Both the position numbers and the translations under genes were made by a program. DNA of 15,934 nt from Bdellovibrionota bacterium (GTDB lineage: Bacteria; Bdellovibrionota_C; UBA2361; JBIKWN01): assembly GCA_044356295.1 (NCBI GenBank), contig JBIKWN010000057.1, positions 1 through 15,934 of the forward strand. Reading direction: 5' to 3'. Position 1 is the first letter of the stretch. Each line of letters opens with the position of its first letter. Below the pieces are notes generated by a model. The model saw only the letters and a program-made list of their open reading frames with translations. It was not told the origin of the DNA and made no database searches. Of the stretch, positions 8,809-15,934 are shown in pieces.

Positions 8809-8910
8809 GCATAGTTATGCGAAGCTCTTTTACTAGGTCATCGAATCCCAGTATCCTATTAGCCGATCTAAGAGATAGGATCTTTGTCAGGTCGTAGCAC
8901 ATAACTATGT
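8809..8910. promoter_or_regulatory. pair of pseudo-palindromic RCATAnnTATGY boxes in a divergent intergenic region
   Basis: GCATAGTTATGC (8809-8820) and ACATAACTATGT (8899-8910). Their 10-bp cores are exact reverse complements. Confidence 0.4.
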
Positions 8911-9824
8911 ATAAATTTTATCAAACTAGCCATCACAAGTCTTGCTTGTCTCAGAGGATTTTTATCCTGTGGTATGTTTCTGTGTTTTTAGTTCTTTGCC
9001 TTACCTTTACAAGCATTGTGCGTGCTGAAACTTTTAAAGAAATCGCACCTGAAGACGTTGAGGTCACAACTCCAGTGTATCATCCTCAGTTTGGAAAAAT
9101 TGAATATCCTCTTGGTACCTATAACTACACAGTAAGCTGGCAAGGGATTCCTGCTGCAGAGGCTTCAATCAATGTTGCCCAGGAAGGTTTATTTTATAAG
9201 ATCAAAGCAGCAGCTAAAACGTATTCAGGAATTGATCTATTTTATAAGCTTCGATATTCGGCGCTCGGCAAGATTAGCATGGTTGATTTTTTGCCTATTG
9301 AGACTGTCATTGATCACCAAGAAAATTCTCGAATGAAAAAAGTCGATATTAAGTATCTTGAAAATGGTGATATCAGCGCAATTAGATCTCAAGCTGGTAA
9401 AAATACTAAATCTATAACTTTTGATCCTAAAAATTTCACTCTAGAGCCTGTCAGTGCTGGATTTCTTGCTCGTGGACTCGATTGGAGTCTTGGTAAAAAG
9501 ATCTCACTTGATACCTTCAATGGTAAAACACGTTATTTAATTACATTGACCTGTGTTGATAGAAAAAAAATTGAAGTTAATGATGAAGAGCGCGATGTTT
9601 GGGTAATTTCTCCTGCAGTGCAAAAACTTACGACACTTGAAAAAGACAGTAAGCTTCGAGAGGCGTTTATTTACCTAACCGCTGATAAGTATCGAGAGGT
9701 TCTGCAGATAGACAGTGAAGTCTTTATTGGATCTGTTGTTACAAAGCTTGATACTTTTGTTCCGCACGGTGGAGCAGGATCTCAAGTTGTTGCCCAAGCC
9801 AAGACCTATAAACTGCAGTTTTAA
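8907..9824 (+). CDS. DUF3108 domain-containing exported protein
   Basis: Signal-like hydrophobic N-terminus ending VRA|E. The pattern Y.VSW.GIPA..A...A.T...IDLFYK.R and the beta-rich body match my recollection of DUF3108. The exact start is uncertain. Confidence 0.75.
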   Translation: MYKFYQTSHHKSCLSQRIFILWYVSVFLVLCLTFTSIVRAETFKEIAPEDVEVTTPVYHPQFGKIEYPLGTYNYTVSWQGIPAAEASINVAQEGLFYKIKAAAKTYSGIDLFYKLRYSALGKISMVDFLPIETVIDHQENSRMKKVDIKYLENGDISAIRSQAGKNTKSITFDPKNFTLEPVSAGFLARGLDWSLGKKISLDTFNGKTRYLITLTCVDRKKIEVNDEERDVWVISPAVQKLTTLEKDSKLREAFIYLTADKYREVLQIDSEVFIGSVVTKLDTFVPHGGAGSQVVAQAKTYKLQF

Positions 9825-10135
9825 TCTTGCCTTGATGGCGTTCTATTCATTATGCTTTTTTGTCGGCAATCACAGATACAAAAATTTTCCTTAGTGAACA
9901 TCATCAGTATACGTCTACGATAGAGCGATTACTTTTTCTTTTACGGCAGTCAGTAGCAAGTGAAGTTCAGATGAGTTTCTTTGATCTTATTGAAGATGAC
10001 CTAAGCGAACTGCAGCGGTATGGCAGTTGAACAAAAAGAACCATTGGATATCTTAGGTAAAGCCCTTCTTGTCGATAGCGATCCTGTAAAGATTAAATAA
10101 TATTTTTTTTAACGCGAAGTACGCGAAGGTGTTAT

Positions 10136-11215
10136 TTATGCGATGCAGCAGGTTTTTAGTTCTGCAAGATTATCGATAATTTTACCTACTCCTCTTACGA
10201 CGCAGCTTAAGGGATCGGCTGCTCGGAAGAACTTGATACCAGTTTCTCGGCCAAGCCTTTCGGTTAGACCTCTTAATAATGCTCCGCCACCAGCTACGTG
10301 AATGCCTCGAGCTATTATATCTTGTGCAAGTTCAGGGCTTGTTTGCTCAAGGGCTGCCATTACTGAAGAAACAATTGCTTGAATTGGCTCATGCAGTGCT
10401 TCTCGCACAAGTTCATCATCGACTTCAATCTGCTTAGGGAATCCAGTTGCTAGATCTCGTCCAAAAACAGTTATGGATCTAGTTTTTCCAAATGGAAGTG
10501 CTGATCCAAGGATTAATTTAATTCTTTCAGCTTCGAAAATTCCTATTTGAATACCTGTTTCTTTTTTGATACGGCGCTGGATTGCTTCATCCATTTCATC
10601 GCCAGCAACTCGAATAGATTGTGAGTAGACTGTTCCATTCATTGCTATGACTGCAACTTCACTTGTTCCTCCACCGATATCGAGGATCATATTACCAACG
10701 GGTCTATCAACAGGCAGTCCTGCACCAATCGCAGCAGCCATTGATTCTTCTGCAAGCATTACTGCAGAAATTCCAGAACATAGGGCAGCGTCAATAACAG
10801 CTCTTTTTTCAACTTGGGTAATGCCAGATGGAACACCGATCACTATTTTAGGTTTGTTGAGTGACCAGCCACGCCCCACTTGTTTCAGCATGTACTGAAT
10901 CATTAACGTTGTCATTTCGAAGTCAGCAATCACCCCATCTTTCATTGGGCGAACGCAACGAATTGCTCGAGATGTTTTTCCGTACATCTCTTTTGCGGTA
11001 TGTCCAACTGCAACTGCTTTTCCAGTTACTTCATCAATTGCAACAACAGATGGTTCGTTCAGAATAATACCGCGATGTTTTGCATAAATTAATGTATTGG
11101 CAGTTCCTAGATCCATTGCTAAGTCGGTTGACCCAAAGAATCTTTGGAATCGCTCAAAAAATGGCACTGACTCATGAATTTCTTGAAAAGGTAGGGTTAG
11201 TTCAGCAGCGTTCAT
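10136..11215 (-). CDS. mreB: rod shape-determining protein MreB (orphan copy)
   Basis: Motifs DLGTANT, NEPSVVA, RPMKDGVIADF, VPSGITQVEKRAV, DIGGGT.E and GGGALL. Confidence 0.96.
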   Translation of the reverse strand: MNAAELTLPFQEIHESVPFFERFQRFFGSTDLAMDLGTANTLIYAKHRGIILNEPSVVAIDEVTGKAVAVGHTAKEMYGKTSRAIRCVRPMKDGVIADFEMTTLMIQYMLKQVGRGWSLNKPKIVIGVPSGITQVEKRAVIDAALCSGISAVMLAEESMAAAIGAGLPVDRPVGNMILDIGGGTSEVAVIAMNGTVYSQSIRVAGDEMDEAIQRRIKKETGIQIGIFEAERIKLILGSALPFGKTRSITVFGRDLATGFPKQIEVDDELVREALHEPIQAIVSSVMAALEQTSPELAQDIIARGIHVAGGGALLRGLTERLGRETGIKFFRAADPLSCVVRGVGKIIDNLAELKTCCIA

Positions 11216-11239
11216 GAGAATCCTTTTTCTTATGAAAAA

Positions 11240-12235
11240 TTATCGAAAAGCAAATAATCTCCGACGTGGTGTTTCAGCGGTACTACTATTGTCTTCAACT
11301 ATCGGAGAAGATTGTGTGAAAGCAGTTTGATGTATGAGTGTATCAATGGTGGGCTGTTTTTCGCCTCGCATACATGACCTGGCTCTAAATTCTAAACTAA
11401 AACCTATCCCGCTTCGTGATCTGAGTGATGGATGTTCAGAGATAACTAAAAATTTATTGCTATACGAATCAACCATCATTGAATCAACAACGCAGATCAT
11501 TTCTCCTTGAGGAGATAGATACATTGGATATTTTGGTGGAAGTGATTGTTGGATAAGTCTTGAAAATGAATCAAATGCCTGAGCCGTTTGTTGAAGCCCA
11601 AGTTCAGATTCAATATGACTAAAATTTGAGACACGAACTCGAAGTACTGCAACGCTATCGATTCCAATTGTGCTTGCAAGAAACTGTGCTTGCGATCTGA
11701 ATTGAGCAAAATCTGATTTTGATTCTTTGGTTTTAGATAAAGCTCGATGGAGCGTTAAAAGAGCAGTGGCTTCTGCTGCTATCTCTTCAAGTAATTTCCC
11801 TTGAATCTTTGAAAACGCGAAAGCTTTTTTACTGTCGACGACTAGCACGCCAGCAACTGAAGGGTGCTCTGGGATTATTACGGGCGCACCAAGGCAGCTC
11901 TTTAATTGTAAGTCCTCTTTGTACATTCCAAGGATTTTGCTGTCTCTTTCGAAAGGGGACACGTGTATCGGTTTTTTGTTTTTTGCAACCCAACCAATGA
12001 GTCCATGGTCTATTGATAGAGGTTCAAACTTAACTGCTTGCGGCGCCATTGTTTGCCAGGCTACCGGAATCAGCTTGTCGCCAGATGGGATATAAAGAGA
12101 AGCAGTATGGGCCTCAACTAAGTTAGCCGATAACCTGCAAAGTCTTGCCGCGTCTTTCGCAAATTCCTGATGGAGCAATTCATCGTTTGAGCTTGTTCGA
12201 TCCAAATCTGATTGAGACGGATAAGACCTTTGCAT
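11240..12235 (-). CDS. GAF domain protein with a degenerate GGDEF-like C-terminal domain
   Basis: GAF signature GLIGWVAKNKKP...S.LGAPV...GVLVVDSK..AFS....LL. The C-terminal half follows the GGDEF-domain pattern but has PQGEM at the active-site loop. Confidence 0.8.
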   Translation of the reverse strand: MQRSYPSQSDLDRTSSNDELLHQEFAKDAARLCRLSANLVEAHTASLYIPSGDKLIPVAWQTMAPQAVKFEPLSIDHGLIGWVAKNKKPIHVSPFERDSKILGMYKEDLQLKSCLGAPVIIPEHPSVAGVLVVDSKKAFAFSKIQGKLLEEIAAEATALLTLHRALSKTKESKSDFAQFRSQAQFLASTIGIDSVAVLRVRVSNFSHIESELGLQQTAQAFDSFSRLIQQSLPPKYPMYLSPQGEMICVVDSMMVDSYSNKFLVISEHPSLRSRSGIGFSLEFRARSCMRGEKQPTIDTLIHQTAFTQSSPIVEDNSSTAETPRRRLFAFR

Positions 12236-12283
12236 ATAGCACCTGGAAAAATCTAACTACAAAACCTTTAAGTTTCTTAAAGT

Positions 12284-12312
12284 AAGGTATCAGGGTGCAC
12301 CGGTCCTCGCAA
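12284..12312 (-). promoter_or_regulatory. putative sigma70 promoter of the GAF-mreB operon
   Basis: On the minus strand: TTGCGA (12312-12307), 17-bp spacer, then extended -10 TGa-TACCTT (12289-12284), about 50 bp upstream of the ATG. Confidence 0.5.
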
Positions 12313-12377
12313 TGGGGGAAATGCGAGGATGATTTTCTGTCGAGATTGGTGAGGTTTCTTTTTTGATGATCGAGTAA

Positions 12378-12906
12378 GAACTTTTCAGGTACTGGTACGA
12401 TTTTTGTTTTAACCTAAGCACCGCGCCAAAGTTTTTCCATTTTTCTGCACTGTCAATCTATCATAACGACTGCACTGCTTGGGATTTTATAAGTCAGCAA
12501 GGTGAAGTTAGAAAGGTAAGCGTCCCTGTCCCTCAAGGAGTTGGAGCAGAACATACGATTACAAGCCTTTGGAGCTTTATATGAGATATCTACTGAGATG
12601 TAGGCACAAGATGCTCGAGGCTCGTTTATTTTTTAATAAGGATCCCTCTCTTGAAGCATTGCAGTTAGAAGCGTTCGAAACATTCTCCAAAAAATGCAAG
12701 AAGCACTCATAGTGCATGAAACTATGGGGTATTTAGCCGAAGATGATCCAGATCAGCATGAGGTCCGACTGTTTAGCAATTATGTGATTAGTAGTAATAA
12801 TGTTGGCTCAAGAGAGGATTCTTTTTTCAAAGTCATCAAAGGACTATCTGCTATTGCGGGGTGTGATATTGCCCCAGTCACCGGCGTCCCTTCAAAAAAT
12901 TCATAA
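12378..12906 (+). pseudogene. fragmented or frameshifted ORF of unknown function
   Basis: Three consecutive overlapping open frames: 12378-12584 (no start), 12581-12712 (GGAG SD, 43 aa) and 12694-12906 (70 aa). The last junction sits on an A6 run. Confidence 0.35.
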
Positions 12907-12978
12907 AGACAGAATGAGAAATTATTGAATAATAAAATTTATTTTTTTTCTTACCTTTTCTGATAAACTAGGATCAGA

Positions 12979-14004
12979 ATGTCAAAACAAACCTTATTCT
13001 TGGATGTGCACTCAGTAAAAAAACTGGTGCAGCACATTGGAGTTGTCGCTCTGATTTCTGAAGTAGCTAATGCAATTGAAAAAGATTTTATTAATTGGAA
13101 AAAATTTCAGTTATGTAGTCGTGTTGCACACCACGGTCCGCTGGGAGTTGTAGAAATAATGCCAGTGGCGAATGATCAAAAATATTCATTCAAATATGTT
13201 ACTGGTCACCCTAAGAATCCAATACAAGGACTCAGTACTGTAATTGCATTTGGTGTCCTATCTGATTTTGATACTGGATTTCCAAGTTTTTTATCTGAGT
13301 TAACATTTCTTACTGCAATTCGAACAGCTGCTATGTCAGTAGTTGCTGCTAAACCATTAGTTCGAAAAGGTGCCACATCAATGGCGATGATTGGTAATGG
13401 AGCCCAGTCCGAATTTCAGATTTTGGCGTTTCATCATATGTTAGGAGTTTCAACTGTAAATTTATATGACATTGATCAAGATGCAACTAACAAATTAATA
13501 AATAATCTATCTCATGTACCTGGACTAAAGTTGGTTCCATGTTCTTCTACGCAACAAGCAGTAGCAGAAGTTGATATTATTACAACGTGTACTGCTGACA
13601 AGACAAAAGCAACAATTCTTACATCTGATATGGTGAAACAAGGAGTTCATATTAATGCAATAGGAGGCGACTGTCCTGGAAAGACTGAGTTAGCATCAGA
13701 GATTCTTGATAGATCAAATGTTTTTGTCGAGTACGAACCTCAAACCCGAATTGAAGGTGAAATTCAGCAGAAGTCAGCTGATTTTCCTGTGACAGAACTC
13801 TGGCAGGTGTTAGATGGAACTTTACCTGGTCGAGTGCGTGATAATGATATTACTATTTTTGATTCAGTAGGGTTTGCAATTGAAGATTATTCTGTACTTC
13901 GCGTTGCACATGAATTAGCTATTACATTAAATATCGGTGAATTGATTGACCTCGTAGCGGTACCTCCAAATGTGAAGGATCTTTACGGATTTTTTCTTGA
14001 ATAA
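12979..14004 (+). CDS. ocd: ornithine cyclodeaminase
   Basis: Motifs RVA.H...GV.E.MP, FKYV.GHP.N, TA.RTAA, IGNGAQSEFQ, NAIGGDCPGKTEL, RIEGEIQQ and FDSVGFAIED. Confidence 0.93.
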   Translation: MSKQTLFLDVHSVKKLVQHIGVVALISEVANAIEKDFINWKKFQLCSRVAHHGPLGVVEIMPVANDQKYSFKYVTGHPKNPIQGLSTVIAFGVLSDFDTGFPSFLSELTFLTAIRTAAMSVVAAKPLVRKGATSMAMIGNGAQSEFQILAFHHMLGVSTVNLYDIDQDATNKLINNLSHVPGLKLVPCSSTQQAVAEVDIITTCTADKTKATILTSDMVKQGVHINAIGGDCPGKTELASEILDRSNVFVEYEPQTRIEGEIQQKSADFPVTELWQVLDGTLPGRVRDNDITIFDSVGFAIEDYSVLRVAHELAITLNIGELIDLVAVPPNVKDLYGFFLE

Positions 14005-14130
14005 TTAAATTTCTTTAAGTTTTTTTGAATAAGAATTAATGTATTCTTACTAATTAGTTATCAGTAGTACAGCTGTAGGAAGTCAAAAATAGGCCTACGC
14101 TCTGCAAAGGCTACTCAAAGCTCAAAAAAG

Positions 14131-15660
14131 TTAAGCAACTTCATCAGCATAAACTGACCGCTCTTTCTCAGCACGATCTTTGGTAGATTCCATTTCAAAT
14201 TCGTATTCGTCAGCACGAAGCCTTCCATCGGCAAGGATAAAGATCTTCACTCCGTATTCTCTTTCAAGATCGGTGAGGTCTCCTTTTTTATGATTCAGTA
14301 AGAACATTGCAGGACCAGGTGCAATTCTTGTTTTTACCAATGCAACACCACCGACAACGACGGCTGCTTGAATTTTTCGAAGCGCTTCAAGAGCAACAAT
14401 GTCAGCAGATTTAATTAATCCAGATCCTTGGCAGTGTGAGCATTTCAGATGTGATTGACTGCTCAGCGATGCTCGAAGCCGCTGCCGTGAGAGTTCCAAA
14501 AGTCCGAATTTAGATATTTTTCCAACTTCAATACGGGCTTTGTCATTAGCAACTGCATCGGCAAGCCGTCTTTCCACATTTGCTCGGTGTTTTTGATCGA
14601 GCATATCGATAAAGTCAATAACAATGAGTCCACCCAGATCTCGAAGGCGCATCTGTCTTGCAATTTCATCAGCAGCTTCAAGGTTTGTGCGGTACGCAGT
14701 GTCTTCAATATTACCACCTGCAGTAGCTTTTCCAGAGTTCACATCTATTGCAACAAGTGCTTCAAGGGTATCAATGACAAGTGCACCACCTGAATGAAGT
14801 TTTACTTCACGAAGATGAGTATCAAGCACTTGATCTTCGATTCCATACGCAACGTATAGTGGAGTTTGATCTTCAAATAATTTTACGCGCGAACGGTACC
14901 GAGGCATTGTTTCAGTGATGAATTCTCGAACGATTTCGTAGGTATCTTTATCATCAATAATGATCTCTCGAACATCGGGGGTAAAGTAATCGCGGATTAC
15001 TCTTGTTGCGATTTCGTTTTCTTTATAAAGCAGGCGAGGAGTGCCAGTTTTTTGAGCGTCAATAAGTACACGCTCCCAAAGTTTTAATTGAATGCTCACA
15101 TCACGCGAGAGCTCACTGAGACTTCTGTCTAATCCAGCAGTCCGAATTATCATTCCGATTCCAGCAGGTATCTCTAAGTCTTGTCCAAGTTTTCGAAGTC
15201 TTTTTCTTTGTTCACCATCACCAATTTTTCGTGAAACTCCACCACGGTCACTGCCTGGCATGAGTACTGTGTATCGACCAGGAAGAGATAAATATGTTGT
15301 GAGCGTTGCACCTTTCTGTTCACGCTCTTCTTTTACAACTTGAACAATTAATTCTTGTCCTGGTTCTAAAACATCAGCGATGTTTACGCGGTGGTGATTT
15401 CGAGGGGCATGGTATCCGCCACGATAATAAGAAGGGTGAACATCGTTAATTTGGAGGAAGCCATTTCTTTGCGTGCCAATATCAATGAAAGCAGCTTGAA
15501 GGCTGGGTTCAATACGAGCAATTCTTGCTTTATAAATGTTTCCCTTTAATTTTTTTCCGATATCGGATTCGATCTCTAGTTCAGAAAGAACACCATCTTC
15601 GGTAATGGCAATTCGGCATTCCTCTGAATCAGAGGCGTTAATGAGCATTCGTTTTTCCAT
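14131..15660 (-). CDS. rne: Rne/Rng family ribonuclease (catalytic domain only)
   Basis: N-terminus KRMLINA..EECRIA, S1 domain (KGNIYK..I.RIEPSLQAAF), IDVNSG, LRDLGGLIVIDFIDM and Zn-link CSHC.G; 509 aa. Confidence 0.93.
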   Translation of the reverse strand: MEKRMLINASDSEECRIAITEDGVLSELEIESDIGKKLKGNIYKARIARIEPSLQAAFIDIGTQRNGFLQINDVHPSYYRGGYHAPRNHHRVNIADVLEPGQELIVQVVKEEREQKGATLTTYLSLPGRYTVLMPGSDRGGVSRKIGDGEQRKRLRKLGQDLEIPAGIGMIIRTAGLDRSLSELSRDVSIQLKLWERVLIDAQKTGTPRLLYKENEIATRVIRDYFTPDVREIIIDDKDTYEIVREFITETMPRYRSRVKLFEDQTPLYVAYGIEDQVLDTHLREVKLHSGGALVIDTLEALVAIDVNSGKATAGGNIEDTAYRTNLEAADEIARQMRLRDLGGLIVIDFIDMLDQKHRANVERRLADAVANDKARIEVGKISKFGLLELSRQRLRASLSSQSHLKCSHCQGSGLIKSADIVALEALRKIQAAVVVGGVALVKTRIAPGPAMFLLNHKKGDLTDLEREYGVKIFILADGRLRADEYEFEMESTKDRAEKERSVYADEVA

Positions 15661-15934
15661 GGGGACCTTCCTAGGGACAGGTGCAGCCGCAAATGATCAG
15701 ACGTGTAAGTTAACGTATGGTTGGAACTTATCTGTGATTTGTTTTGTGGTAGTTTGTTTTCAGGAAACATACTCTTCATAAACAAGGTCTGCTGTAACAT
15801 CGAGCGGTGCAACTAAAGTGACTTAAAAATTTGTAAAGCAGCTTAGAGGGAAAAATTCATGAATTAGGGAAGCTCAAAGGAGGTTGCTACTAATTGTGAA
15901 TGTTGACGCTCTAAACTAAAAATCTGTGAGGGAG

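Noticed and set aside
8841..8869. Sigma28-like GCCGAT -10 box upstream of DUF3108
   Set aside because: There is no TAAA/TCAAG -35 at the proper spacing, and the match to GCCGATAA is partial.
10101..10128. ACGCGAAG tandem repeat with adjacent T-run as an mreB terminator or array
   Set aside because: Only two copies and a 4-bp stem, and the T-run is on the wrong side for termination on either strand.
10647..12000. Shadow ORFs within mreB and the GAF gene
   Set aside because: These are antisense or alternative-frame by-products of real genes.
14031..14077. Short palindromes between ocd and rne as a bidirectional terminator
   Set aside because: They are short and AT-rich with no stable stem plus U-tract, as expected by chance in AT-rich DNA.
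14463..15812. Small ORFs overlapping rne, including 15576-15812 (-)
   Set aside because: They are nested in or overlap the conserved gene out of frame, with weak starts and no motifs.
15903..15934. TTGACG as the -35 of a divergent promoter
   Set aside because: No acceptable -10 at 16-18 bp, and the window ends here.
1..15934. CRISPR array, tRNA/rRNA, T-box riboswitch, transposase/integrase, defence system
   Set aside because: I saw no spaced repeats, cloverleaf or T-box consensus, and no corresponding protein motifs.

Overview
Bacterial chromosomal window of mostly housekeeping genes. Bases 1-7486 hold a complete, tightly overlapping tryptophan operon, trpE-G-D-C-F-B-A, plus a type I-beta DAHP synthase. 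It is preceded by a near-consensus sigma70 promoter and an unannotated 14-codon Trp-containing leader ORF that appears to start at +1 (leaderless) and has no classical intrinsic terminator. The trp proteins look Bacteroidota-like to me, while mreB, rne and DUF3108 look deltaproteobacterial/Bdellovibrionota-like; this is from recalled family sequences and was not searched. The rest contains a hypothetical protein coupled to a PlsC-type acyltransferase (-), DUF3108 (+), a GAF/degenerate-GGDEF gene followed by an orphan mreB without mreCD (-), a fragmented ORF region, an ornithine cyclodeaminase (+) and a short Rne/Rng ribonuclease (-). I saw no CRISPR array, tRNA, rRNA or mobile element. The best novelty candidates are the non-canonical trp leader, the GAF-dGGDEF/MreB pair and a possible degenerate RelA/SpoT-hydrolase-like protein coupled to the acyltransferase.
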